Virus record (IMG/VR): IMGVR_UViG_3300010149_000010
DNA: 64,000 nt
Direction: 5' to 3' (one strand)
Source: a virus
Of this stretch, positions 1 to 10,534 are shown in pieces (positions within the stretch are counted from its first letter, which is position 1; every line of letters starts with the position of its first letter). The position numbers were made by a program, and so were the translations under genes. Under the pieces are notes generated by a model. The model was given only the letters and a program-made list of their open reading frames with translations, was not told the DNA's origin and did not search any database.

Positions 1-969
1 AGATAAGACCTCAACCCTTTCTTCAGCTGGAGCGCCAATCGAGTCAGGTAGAAGTAATCCGCCAGGAGCAATAGGGCTTGTAGAGCTGTGCTCCGGATAT
101 TCAAAGATTGAATCAGTGCCTGTGTTAAACTGTATGGTAAAAGATTGTTCTAATAATTCTTTACCGTGACAATCCACTTTAAATCTCTCACCTACTTCGT
201 ACTCAGCAAGCTCAAATTTTATTAGAACCCCTTTTGAAGTCACTCTCCACCTTTGAACGCACCTACTCAGCCTAGAGTTCCATAAACTGTGAGCTGGGTT
301 GTTAGGTTCTTCTTCTCCATCAAACCACCAAACGTACTTGGCTGAAGACCCGTTTCCAGGAGTTACAATCTTTATGTTTAGCTTAGCTTCATTCTCACCA
401 CTCAAGGGTTCAAAAGACCCTTTTGATCTTAACCTTTTTGATTCAGATTTTTGTAAACCATCAAAATAGTAAGCATCAAATACTGTTCTTTCTGATATGC
501 AATTGCTTTGACTGTATGCTGCTAATTCAGCAGGTACATTTTCTAAGTTGTCTAAGTTTTCTCCACAAATAAATAAATTATAACTTGTATTAATTTTAAG
601 CGGATTTTTCGGTGTAACCACTAAGACTGTAAATGAATCGACCTCAACTTTTGATATTAATTTTTGAGAATCTATTACTTTTAATTCTTCCAGGTTGTTT
701 ACTAAAAAGCTTTCAAACTCACACTCAACAAATCCTTTGAAACCTGGAGAATTCAAGAAGAACGGATTGGTACCATCAGAACGATTCAACCACAGCCCAT
801 TATCAGGACCAGAAGTTTTATCACTATCAGGACCGTAAAGTATCACGCTTTCTTTAGCGGCCTTAAGGTCTAAAGGTTTATTAAATACTAATACTATTTC
901 TTGACCAATAGGAAACTGATTCTCGTTATTTGTTGGGTAACTTTGGTCTGGATGGAATGTTATTCCCAT
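1..969 (-). CDS. Partial (runs off window edge) putative virion structural protein
   Basis: Not in ORF track. ATG at 969 after GGAG; the part I translated reads MGITFHPDQSYPTNNENQFPIGQEIVLVFNKPLDLK...; follows the capsid gene in the same direction. Confidence 0.6.
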   Translation of the reverse strand, partial: MGITFHPDQSYPTNNENQFPIGQEIVLVFNKPLDLKAAKESVILYGPDSDKTSGPDNGLWLNRSDGTNPFFLNSPGFKGFVECEFESFLVNNLEELKVIDSQKLISKVEVDSFTVLVVTPKNPLKINTSYNLFICGENLDNLENVPAELAAYSQSNCISERTVFDAYYFDGLQKSESKRLRSKGSFEPLSGENEAKLNIKIVTPGNGSSAKYVWWFDGEEEPNNPAHSLWNSRLSRCVQRWRVTSKGVLIKFELAEYEVGERFKVDCHGKELLEQSFTIQFNTGTDSIFEYPEHSSTSPIAPGGLLLPDSIGAPAEERVEVLS

Positions 970-1132
970 TGTCTTCTCCTTCAGTGGTTACTTCTGTTAC
1001 TACAGGTATTTCAATTTTAACAAATTTTCCTTCTGTCTCTATTTCAAAATTATACTCCTCCTTATCTTCAAAATTAAAGCTCTCTTTAATAAGGATTTCC
1101 AATTCAGTTAGCCCGTTTTTAAATAAACCCAT
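926..1132 (-). CDS. Small acidic hypothetical protein
   Basis: ORF 926..1228, likely start MGLFKNG; overlaps start of next gene. Confidence 0.5.
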   Translation of the reverse strand: MGLFKNGLTELEILIKESFNFEDKEEYNFEIETEGKFVKIEIPVVTEVTTEGEDNGNNIPSRPKLPNK

Positions 1133-1239
1133 TATTACAAACTCCATAAACAATAAAAGGGAATGAAAGCCTTTGAGCTCCCATCCCCTTTTATACAAAA
1201 GTAACCTTACCAAATCAATGGTAGTCAAAAAGCCTTTGA

Positions 1240-2586
1240 CTAGAGGTTAGACTTTACATCACTTTCTTCGATGTCAAGAAGATCTCCAACCTGAGCGTTA
1301 ACCGACCCATCATACTCATTGAGAGCACGCTTGACGTTCTTGAAGACGCCAACGCCTTGACCCTCATGCGCTACTGCAAAACCGTAACGCTCACGAATCT
1401 TTACCTTTACGGTCTCGGTGCCCTCATCGCGCCACTCAACAGTAGTAGCGTCTTCATCAACAAGGTGGAAACCAACATTTCCACTAGAGAGAAGGAAGAT
1501 GTCGCCAGTCTCAGTCTCAGGATCATAAGGACAGAGAGGAGACACAATGATCTGGAAGCCAAACGGGAAATATGACGGAAGCTTAGGGGCAGAAGTCATC
1601 TGCTGGCTGCGCTCAAGTACAGAGGTAACTGCACCGCCATTAGAGCCTTGACCGCTACTGCCAATGCCGCGAGGATTGACAACGCGAGTACCGTTGCTAG
1701 GTCCTCGTGCACCAAGAGCACCGTTACTATAGGGGTCGCGAGGACCTGGATCACCAGTGTAAGGGTTGAAGATAGAACCACCACCATGTGCAAGCATCAT
1801 AGTCTTCATTACGGGATCTTGAATAAAGGTGTAGTAAAAGAGTGGATGCATAAGTAGGGTATCAGGGGTGAAACCTTCCTCGCTCATGTGAGCCATAGCA
1901 CGCATGAGGTTCTCCATAGTCATTGAACCATTAGCGACAAGCTTCGGAGTGCCAGCGACCTCTTTAACGCCGCGACCAGTGCATACACCATAAAGTGAGC
2001 TAGCAGGCTGGAGGTTGTCAAAAAGTGAAGTACCAAGCTGCTTAAGGAAAGCTACGGCCTTCTGCTCCTTGTGGCGAACCATCGCATTACCCATGAGCTC
2101 AAGATTCTTCGCCATAATATCAAACGTACTATAACGAAGAGCTTCGTCAGTAAAAGAAGCAGCAATACCACTCTTGCCGATGAATGCAGTCGAAACAGCG
2201 CCACCCATTTGGAAGTTTACTTCTGGGTAGGTGCCTGACTCTTGTACATCCGCAGCATAAACTGCACCCATAGCACCAGCAAGAATCTGAGTATTCAGCC
2301 CCTTAGCTTGGATTCGAGTGAACAGTGGCGTAATGTTCATCCGAGGCTCTACAGGCTCTCGTATGAGAATCTCCATAGACTGCTGGAGCAAAGGAGAGAT
2401 CTCTGAAGAAGAGATTGCATCACGATTCTTAGGAGAAATTACGTTTACAAACTCATTCCAAGTAACCATCTCTTCACTATCAGGAAGATGACCACGGTTA
2501 TGAATCATATCAGCTACGTAACGAGCAGCAGCTTTCTTATTGTTTGGAAGCTCTAGGGTGTTTCCATCTGTTAGTTTAAATGCCAT
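1240..2586 (-). CDS. Major capsid protein (HK97-like fold)
   Basis: 448 aa; DVQESGTYPE, KSGIAASFTDEALR, PDTLLMHP and C-terminal KIRERYGFAV resemble HK97-type MCP patterns; downstream of portal and protease. Confidence 0.85.
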   Translation of the reverse strand: MAFKLTDGNTLELPNNKKAAARYVADMIHNRGHLPDSEEMVTWNEFVNVISPKNRDAISSSEISPLLQQSMEILIREPVEPRMNITPLFTRIQAKGLNTQILAGAMGAVYAADVQESGTYPEVNFQMGGAVSTAFIGKSGIAASFTDEALRYSTFDIMAKNLELMGNAMVRHKEQKAVAFLKQLGTSLFDNLQPASSLYGVCTGRGVKEVAGTPKLVANGSMTMENLMRAMAHMSEEGFTPDTLLMHPLFYYTFIQDPVMKTMMLAHGGGSIFNPYTGDPGPRDPYSNGALGARGPSNGTRVVNPRGIGSSGQGSNGGAVTSVLERSQQMTSAPKLPSYFPFGFQIIVSPLCPYDPETETGDIFLLSSGNVGFHLVDEDATTVEWRDEGTETVKVKIRERYGFAVAHEGQGVGVFKNVKRALNEYDGSVNAQVGDLLDIEESDVKSNL

Positions 2587-2611
2587 GATAAATATCCTTT
2601 ATATTAATTTA

Positions 2612-3937
2612 TTACTGAATCTTGACGTTAACAATTGCGATTTCGTCAGCAATAACTTCATCTGAAAGAGTAATCAAATCAGAGAAGCCCTTCGTAGCAG
2701 AACCAGGCATCTTAGCATCAGCGCCAAACTCCTCGCCCTTCCAACCAGTGCGAACGCGCTCAAGAAGACCACGAGGCTCCTTCTGGAGCTCAAGGAGTCG
2801 ACCAACAGTAAGCTCTTGCTCGCGTTGAAGCTTGCCAAGACCAGCCTCAATATCTCCCTCTGTGCCACCCGCTACAAGAGACAACCAGTTCAAACTTCGA
2901 GCAACAAAGTTAGAGTTCTCGTCAAATGTAACAAAATCACCAGGCTTGCAATCACCAACAAAGTGCATCATCTGCTCTTGAGCAGAAGCAGCACCTGCAT
3001 AATCAAATGCAGTAAGGGCAGTAAGGGCATCACCGTTAGCATCAATAGGAGCCTGTGCAGCGCCAGCAGCTTGGAAGAAAATTACTCGACCTGCGTCGCC
3101 ATCAAGATACCAGTCGCCAGCCTTCACTAAAAGGCCAATGTCGCTACGTTCACGGCCAGACCAGGCACCCTGAGCGGTCTCAGCAACAACTGGAGTTCTA
3201 GAAGTATGTGAAGCAAGCTTGCTGGTCCACTCGTAAGCCATACTTGCTGACATATCCAGATGCGAATAGCGATGAAGTGCACCAAGTTGCGCGCCTGACT
3301 TCAAAGTATTAGCTCCAAACACATCTTCAGCCGTTGCATCACAAACATGACCAACGCGCATTTGGATATCAGTAAAGAACTGAATGAGGTGTTGCTTCTG
3401 GTAGTTAGTGAAATGAAGGTTCGCTGGGTCATCACCAGCCCAAGCATAAACGTCATAAGCAGCCACACCAACAGGTGCGCTAATGAAAAGTGCGCCAACA
3501 GCTTGGCAAGACGCATCGTCGTCAGTGGGGACCTCGTCAGTTATAACCCAACCGTGACTAATAACAGCAACCATTGCGTCTTCGTTTTTGACAACTTTCG
3601 CAGCAGTAACGAAATCACCGGTTTCAATGTCAATCACTCTAGCCTTCACATCTTCAGCCGTGTACTCAATGAAAGTATCGCCTTTAGCGCCCTCAAGTCT
3701 GCGGAGCAGGCCTGCTGGAACGACTCGACCAGTTGAATCAAACGAAACAACCTTCCCAGAAGAAATAGTAAAGTAATCTTTAGAGGCTTCATTTTGCCAG
3801 ATTACAGGTAACCAAGAAGCAGGTTTCCATTCACCTGCAGGGACTGAAGCATTCATTTGAACGGTATTGTTAGGAGTGATGTTATCCATCATATCCGTTC
3901 TAACTTTAAATGCACTTTGGAATCGACTAATAGCCAT
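2612..3937 (-). CDS. Capsid-associated/head decoration-type structural protein
   Basis: 441 aa between protease and MCP; Ala/Gly-rich; call is from synteny. Confidence 0.55.
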   Translation of the reverse strand: MAISRFQSAFKVRTDMMDNITPNNTVQMNASVPAGEWKPASWLPVIWQNEASKDYFTISSGKVVSFDSTGRVVPAGLLRRLEGAKGDTFIEYTAEDVKARVIDIETGDFVTAAKVVKNEDAMVAVISHGWVITDEVPTDDDASCQAVGALFISAPVGVAAYDVYAWAGDDPANLHFTNYQKQHLIQFFTDIQMRVGHVCDATAEDVFGANTLKSGAQLGALHRYSHLDMSASMAYEWTSKLASHTSRTPVVAETAQGAWSGRERSDIGLLVKAGDWYLDGDAGRVIFFQAAGAAQAPIDANGDALTALTAFDYAGAASAQEQMMHFVGDCKPGDFVTFDENSNFVARSLNWLSLVAGGTEGDIEAGLGKLQREQELTVGRLLELQKEPRGLLERVRTGWKGEEFGADAKMPGSATKGFSDLITLSDEVIADEIAIVNVKIQ

Positions 3938-3968
3938 AATTCATCTCCTAAGTTTTGTGTTCTTTTAA

Positions 3969-6761
3969 TTAAAAGTTATTTGGGTTGAAACCACGAGGTA
4001 AGTAATTAGATTTAGAATAAAGATAGTTGTCTGCAGCATCTTTCCCATTGTCAGATAGAATAGTCTTGTAGTCCATTACGATCTTCTGCTCAAACGCACC
4101 TAATGCATCGTAGCTAGATCTGCTTGAATATTCCTCTTCGCTTGCATGGGCTGAAGGACTTGTTACTTTATCCATATTAGAGAGTACCTTTTCAGACATT
4201 GAAAAAACTTTTTCCGTTTCTTTTTCTAGTATTAATACTTTTTCATCTTCATTTTCAACTAAATCTTCATTTTTTTCAATAGTAACACTTAAATCACTGT
4301 CACTTCCAACTGAATTTAATTTATTATTTTCAATAAAAGCGACTACAGTTTTAAATTTATTTTCTAGATCGTAATACTGTTCTTTTAAATTGTCAATTTT
4401 TTTAAGTAGTTTCAATGTTTCTTCTGAAGCGTCGCAGTCCATTATCGATGCTTTCTCATCTACACTAAGAAGCACTCTCGCTTTGACATTTTCTGGAAAT
4501 TTAGATCTCTCAATTAAATCTCTTGCTGCAATAACGTGAGCACAGTCATGAATTGGAAATGATCTTTCTGGTCCACAAAAAGCAGAATCAGGCAAACTAT
4601 TCCTTGCTTCAGCAGTCAGCTGCAAACCCTCTTTCATTGTCAACGCGCTTAAGGCAAGATCAAGAATTTGCCAATCAATTTCAACTTTATCGTCTTGATC
4701 TAAAGTATCTTCTTCAAAGTAAGATTCGTCATGCTCTTCTTGTTCCTCTTCATTCGGTTCTGAAACTTCTTCTTCAAGGTCAAGTTCCAAGCCCACTTCT
4801 TCTTCACTTAATATCTTTTCACTCATGTTAAAGTCCTTTTTGGGTTTATCCATTTTTTCAGATGATTTTTTTGAATGTCCAGCAGGCAGCAAATCGTTGT
4901 CTTGCCTGTACTTTGGGTTTGAAGGGCTGCCACTCCTTACCAACTTTAAGAAAGCGTTAACTCTAGCAACACCCCACCCAGATCGCGACATGTTCGGTCT
5001 GTGAGTCGATGAGAAAGCACCAGCCCCTCTTCGATAAACTGCTTTTAGCATGCCTAGTGTAACTTTCTTACCTTTTTCTTTTCCATATTTTTCGTTATGG
5101 GCTTTTAGCTTTTCTTTTAAAGAATTTAAAACTGAGCCTACTTCAATCTTGGAACTCGCTTTAGACGCAGACCCTTCTTTGTTTTTCTTGGACCCTTTAA
5201 TTCTTTCACTAGGTTTTGCTGGAGTTTTGGCACCCTTACCCTTTGGCGAAGACTTATAAGCATCAAGATCGTAATCTCCAATCATAGTTACTTCACTTTC
5301 ATTATCGTTGGCTGCGCTTACCTTTATTGCCCAATCGATTCCTGAGGTCCCTCCCCAGCCCAACCACGCAACATAGCCTCTGTCTTTCCATGGTTCAGAC
5401 TTGAATTTTGGATCAACTGCTGCATTTTTTCTATGCCTGTTAAAAGCAGACATTCTTTTTACTGTAGACAAACCAATTTCGCTTTTGGTAGCAAGTTGTC
5501 TTGCTCTTGCCCAACCAACAGGCGTCATACCTTTTACTTCTGAGCCTTTCTCCTCTTTCCATTTTAGAACCTTTTGCGCATTCCCTCTTGCGCCAGAAGG
5601 TACTTTGAATGTTTTTTCATCCAGAAGCTCCTCCACGAGTTCTTCCAGTTGCACATACTCCTCTACAAAAGCTTCCTCATCTACGCTTCGCATGCTTCCA
5701 GAATACGTAACCTTGATGATCATTGTGTCTTTATCACCCTTTTGAGTGATGAAAGTTTCTCCACTTTTATGCAAATCATTCATTTGCTTTTCTGAAATGG
5801 CCATTTTGTGATCGTACTGCTTTTCTACTTTTTGACTTTTACTTTCTTCTTCTTCTTTTTCGGCTTCACCTTCGTAGGCATCGATTTGTTCGGTTGCTTG
5901 TAGCTCATTATGGTTCCTTAATGTATAAATAGAATCGCTCATTAAAATATCTTCTTTAAATGAATAGTTGTCTGCTAAGTTTTTATCATCTATATTGTCG
6001 GATAGTTCCATATTGACGATTTGAGATAGGTCGTCTGCAGGAGTATTTACTACTGAGCCTTCTAGGACTATGAAGTCGCCTGTTATAAATACGCAAGTCT
6101 CTCCGTCATATTTTTTGCCATGTCGATGCTCGCACATTCCATCCGTAACCCAATCTTGACTACAGATACTACAAACGTGCCTGTCTGTAGTGGACCCTGC
6201 GCTAAACGTCATGTAACGACCGTCTAAGAACTTTTTAATAGATTCTTCATCTAGTATATTAGCTTGAACTCTCATTCTTCCAAGACCGGGCCATTGCTTG
6301 TTGTCTATTAAGTTCAATTTTTTTAACGTGGTGTATATTTTGTCTGGCTCGTCGTCTACAAAAGCGTTATGTATATTCAACATTGCTTCGTTTGAATTTA
6401 AAAACGTAGAAGCATCTTCTGTTAAGCTCTGCCACTCCCCACCAACAAACCGACCTATTGGTTCACCTGATTGGTCGTGATTTTTTAATATTGGTTTGGG
6501 ATACGGATGGACTAACGAATCAATTCCTTTTTGCTGCCCTTTAGTAGAGTAAATCCTGTTGTTTATTCTACGTCCAGAGTGAGAAAGATCGTAAGTTATT
6601 ATAAGTCCTTTTTTATACTTGTCAGCGCTTTCTAGTAAATTATCAATAGCAATAATCTTCTCAGCTTTATTCAAAGACAGTATGTTTCTATCAGGATTTA
6701 TTTGTATAAAGTCGTTGTACTTGATAAATTTGTTCATTTTTAACCTCTCGGGATTAAACAT
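3969..6761 (-). CDS. Prohead protease/scaffold with inserted accessory domains
   Basis: N-terminal SHSGRRINNRIY..NHD..PIGR..FSAGS..CSIC..CEH..EGSVVNTPAD typical of large-phage prohead proteases; acidic/coiled-coil C-terminus; between portal and capsid genes. Confidence 0.75.
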   Translation of the reverse strand: MFNPERLKMNKFIKYNDFIQINPDRNILSLNKAEKIIAIDNLLESADKYKKGLIITYDLSHSGRRINNRIYSTKGQQKGIDSLVHPYPKPILKNHDQSGEPIGRFVGGEWQSLTEDASTFLNSNEAMLNIHNAFVDDEPDKIYTTLKKLNLIDNKQWPGLGRMRVQANILDEESIKKFLDGRYMTFSAGSTTDRHVCSICSQDWVTDGMCEHRHGKKYDGETCVFITGDFIVLEGSVVNTPADDLSQIVNMELSDNIDDKNLADNYSFKEDILMSDSIYTLRNHNELQATEQIDAYEGEAEKEEEESKSQKVEKQYDHKMAISEKQMNDLHKSGETFITQKGDKDTMIIKVTYSGSMRSVDEEAFVEEYVQLEELVEELLDEKTFKVPSGARGNAQKVLKWKEEKGSEVKGMTPVGWARARQLATKSEIGLSTVKRMSAFNRHRKNAAVDPKFKSEPWKDRGYVAWLGWGGTSGIDWAIKVSAANDNESEVTMIGDYDLDAYKSSPKGKGAKTPAKPSERIKGSKKNKEGSASKASSKIEVGSVLNSLKEKLKAHNEKYGKEKGKKVTLGMLKAVYRRGAGAFSSTHRPNMSRSGWGVARVNAFLKLVRSGSPSNPKYRQDNDLLPAGHSKKSSEKMDKPKKDFNMSEKILSEEEVGLELDLEEEVSEPNEEEQEEHDESYFEEDTLDQDDKVEIDWQILDLALSALTMKEGLQLTAEARNSLPDSAFCGPERSFPIHDCAHVIAARDLIERSKFPENVKARVLLSVDEKASIMDCDASEETLKLLKKIDNLKEQYYDLENKFKTVVAFIENNKLNSVGSDSDLSVTIEKNEDLVENEDEKVLILEKETEKVFSMSEKVLSNMDKVTSPSAHASEEEYSSRSSYDALGAFEQKIVMDYKTILSDNGKDAADNYLYSKSNYLPRGFNPNNF

Positions 6762-6778
6762 ATCTTAATATATTTATA

Positions 6779-8266
6779 TTAGTAGTTTTCAAGTATTTTC
6801 AATATATCAGATATATTATCTGTATTCTTTATCTTTTCGTATAAATTCTTATCACTTTCAGTAATCTTTGGACTAGTTTTCTGACCGTGTTGATTTTCTG
6901 GTTTAGAAATGTTGTTGCTGACATTTAATTGAGCATTACTTTTCTTTTTCGGATAAAGAATTTCATATAACTCTTCTTTATCTTTTTCTTGAATTGGCCT
7001 TTCACCTAGCTTGACTCTTGCTTCCGTTTCCGAAAGTAAATTGTTCAACCAAAGCTGAATTACTTGATTTTCTAACTTAATTTTTTCTTCTTTATCTACA
7101 GCGCCAAATTTTATATAAACCATTCTGTCAGGATTGACTATGGCATCTTGATATCCGCCCTCACATAGCAATTCGTTAATTATATACGTTTCAACAAAAG
7201 TCTTAACATTCCTTTGCAACGCTTCTACATCTTGAATTGCTATTTTTGAAAGTGCATTTGCAGTACTTCTATTGGCTGAATCTCCTTCACCCATATCCAT
7301 TGGAGTTACTCCTAGTCCTGCGTAAACTCTTTTTTTAAAATAATCTAAGTATTCTTTTATTCTTAGAGCTTTTCCTTCAGAACCAATAGCTGATATCTTA
7401 TGCCTATGGTCAGAAACAAAAATACCACCCGAAGGCATGTACTCTATTGTATTTCGGACAAGGTCTGATTCTTTTGTTCCGTCAGGACCGTACCTTTCTG
7501 GCATCGTATCACTTCCCACAGTATAGTGGTACAATGGATGAAGGTTCGAATCTATCATTTCTTCAATGTTTTCTTCTAGTCTTCTTAAAAGAGCAACATC
7601 TTCTAGAACTGGTAGTATTTCTGGCGTTCCCATAGTGAACCCAGGTTTTTTATTCGTATAAAAGTGTATGATATCGCTTGGCGAAAATTCTTTGCTTTCA
7701 GAATTACCTGGCTGCTTTTGTAAGATTTTTTTTAATTCTCCGTTTTTCTTTAATTTAAACCATAATGTTTCAAAAGGTAAAATGAAATAACCGGCCACAG
7801 GTTCTATTTCTTTTTCTCCTCGCTTAAGTACATTTCCAGAAGATGCATCTTTATTTCTAGTCTTTACCCAAGCACAATTACTATATCTGACTAAGTCATG
7901 CGCCAAGTCCGCCATTAACAAATTGAAAGGTACGCCTGAGACCGTTTCTATCTCTTTAATTCTATAATTAATATATTTAACAGTTTCTTTATCGTTACCT
8001 ACAAACTCCCACCCAGCTAAAATAAACCTTTGCACTTTTTTCTGTATCGCTTTAAATAAAAAAGCGTCAGTGTCTTGCGCTATCTGTATTTCTGTAAGAT
8101 CGTATTCAGGTTTAAACCAACGTCCCCTATGCCTATCTGCATATGACATTGCTCTGCCGTTAATTTTTTTAACTTTAACGCCGGAAAGTTTTGCACCTTG
8201 AATCGGTACATTTCGATCTTTGTTAGATATAGCGTTCAACATGTTTTCAAAATCGACTGCTTTCAT
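6779..8266 (-). CDS. Portal protein
   Basis: 495 aa; FSPSDIIHF..GTPEI, AGLGVTPMDMGEGDSANRSTA, LLSETEARVKLGERP portal-like motifs; synteny. Confidence 0.85.
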   Translation of the reverse strand: MKAVDFENMLNAISNKDRNVPIQGAKLSGVKVKKINGRAMSYADRHRGRWFKPEYDLTEIQIAQDTDAFLFKAIQKKVQRFILAGWEFVGNDKETVKYINYRIKEIETVSGVPFNLLMADLAHDLVRYSNCAWVKTRNKDASSGNVLKRGEKEIEPVAGYFILPFETLWFKLKKNGELKKILQKQPGNSESKEFSPSDIIHFYTNKKPGFTMGTPEILPVLEDVALLRRLEENIEEMIDSNLHPLYHYTVGSDTMPERYGPDGTKESDLVRNTIEYMPSGGIFVSDHRHKISAIGSEGKALRIKEYLDYFKKRVYAGLGVTPMDMGEGDSANRSTANALSKIAIQDVEALQRNVKTFVETYIINELLCEGGYQDAIVNPDRMVYIKFGAVDKEEKIKLENQVIQLWLNNLLSETEARVKLGERPIQEKDKEELYEILYPKKKSNAQLNVSNNISKPENQHGQKTSPKITESDKNLYEKIKNTDNISDILKILENY

Positions 8267-8281
8267 TTTGTTTCCTTATAA

Positions 8282-10534
8282 TCAAGTAGATGCAATTGAT
8301 TGAGCTATCAACAGATTACCTTTTGCTAATTCAGGGGAATCTAACTCATCGACTACTATGTTGGGTATTTTCTTTAAAACTTCTTCTAGATCTGTGTCAG
8401 GCCCAGATTCGCTAAGACTCGTTAATCCTTCTGATTCATACTTTATTCTTGCATACATAATATGCTCTTCCTCTATAGATATAAAGTCTTCTTCAGGATT
8501 ATTAAAATCCCAAAAAGGCAATCTGGGAATAAAATCTGCATCTTCACTGGTAGAAAACAATACCACATAATAGATAATGGCTTTGTCATTTCTTTCCTTA
8601 AAAGAGCACATCTCTTTAGTTTTCTCTATAAAAGAACTCCCAAAAGAGTCCATTGCTATAAAAATGATCTGGTTCACATTCTTTGTTTTAATGATACCTT
8701 CATATCTCTTTTTTATGTTTCCGCCATTAAATCTTGCAGGCAGCCCAGCCCCAAAAAATATATTGTCTTCTACCATTACGTCATAATTAGGCAAATAATC
8801 TTTAGGGTCTCTTTGACCGCTATGTTCTATTGGCAATTCTAGAGTCGAAAAGAAACTGCTACCTAAAGCAGCATAGTCTTGTTTTGAATTCATGTTCGCT
8901 ATAAAGCCAGCAATTGTACTTTCAATCTCAGATATACACGCTGTCATTAATGCTATTCTTGCATTGTCGTAGTTGATTTTTTGATTGCCAATTTCCATTG
9001 GAAGTGCTAAAGGCAAATTTAACATATTTGCTAGTATCGTCATACTGCTATCTAGTACATTGGTATCAGTGCTGGTAATTTTATTATATACTGGCTTTAC
9101 AACAACATCTACGAAATTTGCAGTAGGGTTAATTTGTTTGTATTTTTTCCAAAACCATATCCAGAATGCTAAAGCTCCTCCATAAGAAAAACTTAAATTA
9201 TTAAAAGAATCTACTACTCTAAAAAACCCGCTTTTTATTTTCTGTTCATATACACTTTTTCGCGCCGCTGCTTTTTCAGCTTCCGTATCCACAAGCGCCG
9301 CTGCTTTTTCAGCTTCTGTAACGAACTCATTTAATTCATAAATATGATCAGAAATAGAAAAAACAGTCATACCTTCAACCATGAGTTTAAAACACCAGTT
9401 AGCTTTTCCAATTTGCTGATACTCAGCCGAATTAGTTATAACTCCGACTTGACTTAAATGATAGCACTCATGCCTAATGGTATTTTTGTACCTTTCATAC
9501 TTTTCATTACCTTCATAAGTTGGGCTTTTATAATCAAACAAATCAAAAAACATTATTTTTTCACTAGGGCTAACATGAGCAATAATGCCACTTTTTCTGT
9601 CTTTTATATACTTAAATTTTACTTCTATTTTATTAGGAATACCTTTTAAGTGGTCGAAACCACTGTAACTCGTTGCACTTCTAGTAGCAATTTTAAACCC
9701 ATCTGCAATTGTTTTTTGAAACAACTTATTGCTCATGATGAAAGTTAATTCACTCAGCCTTTGCTCAATAGAAACTATTGCACTGTATTTTTCTTCAAGG
9801 TAGTCGTCATTGAAATTATATTCTAGTAAAATAGTATTATCTGCACCCAGCCCCACTTGAACTAATTGCTTAAAAGAACAAATCCCTAATTTAAACTTTT
9901 CTGCTTTGCTAGTGTACCCTAATTCTTTAAAAACTTTGATATTAAGAAGAGTACTATCTAGTTTTTGATCCTCGTAACCAGTTAAGAAATTATTTATTCT
10001 TCTTAATTTTGCAAACTTCAAAGATGCGTTAGCTATTTTTCTTAAATCTCTTACATAGCCTTCTTTTCTTGAGATATCTGTATTTAACATATCGTCGTAA
10101 AAATGTATTAACGGTTTAGCTATAGTACTTGTAGACTTTGGTGCTGTCTCTCTTACTCTCTCTTGCTGAACTGGCTCTTTAGGTTGCTCTGTCCTAGGAG
10201 GAATCATTGTTGAACCAATTGCAGAACCTACAATCTCAGGTGCTGGTTCCAGAATCGGTTGAGCAGCGCCAACAGGCTTTGCCTCCTCCGTTGGCTCCAG
10301 TCCCTTGCTTGAAGCATCAGTACTATAAGGTACCTCAACGTCGCTATATCTTGGTTTTGGTAAAAAACCAAGAGAAGTTAACTCTTCTATTGTTTTTCCT
10401 GCAGGGACTTCTTTGGTAATAACTCTTACACTCTTTATACTTTCTTTACCTTTGTAAAGTTTTTTCAAGTAAAGGTCATAAGCTTTGGAAACGAACTCAT
10501 TTGAGCGTTTTTGCGGATCAAGCGTGTAGCCCAT
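8282..10534 (-). CDS. Putative zinc metallopeptidase (HExxH)
   Basis: TIRHECYHLSQ followed by MVEGMT (gluzincin-like third ligand); Pro/Glu-rich N-terminal linker. Confidence 0.5.
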   Translation of the reverse strand: MGYTLDPQKRSNEFVSKAYDLYLKKLYKGKESIKSVRVITKEVPAGKTIEELTSLGFLPKPRYSDVEVPYSTDASSKGLEPTEEAKPVGAAQPILEPAPEIVGSAIGSTMIPPRTEQPKEPVQQERVRETAPKSTSTIAKPLIHFYDDMLNTDISRKEGYVRDLRKIANASLKFAKLRRINNFLTGYEDQKLDSTLLNIKVFKELGYTSKAEKFKLGICSFKQLVQVGLGADNTILLEYNFNDDYLEEKYSAIVSIEQRLSELTFIMSNKLFQKTIADGFKIATRSATSYSGFDHLKGIPNKIEVKFKYIKDRKSGIIAHVSPSEKIMFFDLFDYKSPTYEGNEKYERYKNTIRHECYHLSQVGVITNSAEYQQIGKANWCFKLMVEGMTVFSISDHIYELNEFVTEAEKAAALVDTEAEKAAARKSVYEQKIKSGFFRVVDSFNNLSFSYGGALAFWIWFWKKYKQINPTANFVDVVVKPVYNKITSTDTNVLDSSMTILANMLNLPLALPMEIGNQKINYDNARIALMTACISEIESTIAGFIANMNSKQDYAALGSSFFSTLELPIEHSGQRDPKDYLPNYDVMVEDNIFFGAGLPARFNGGNIKKRYEGIIKTKNVNQIIFIAMDSFGSSFIEKTKEMCSFKERNDKAIIYYVVLFSTSEDADFIPRLPFWDFNNPEEDFISIEEEHIMYARIKYESEGLTSLSESGPDTDLEEVLKKIPNIVVDELDSPELAKGNLLIAQSIAST

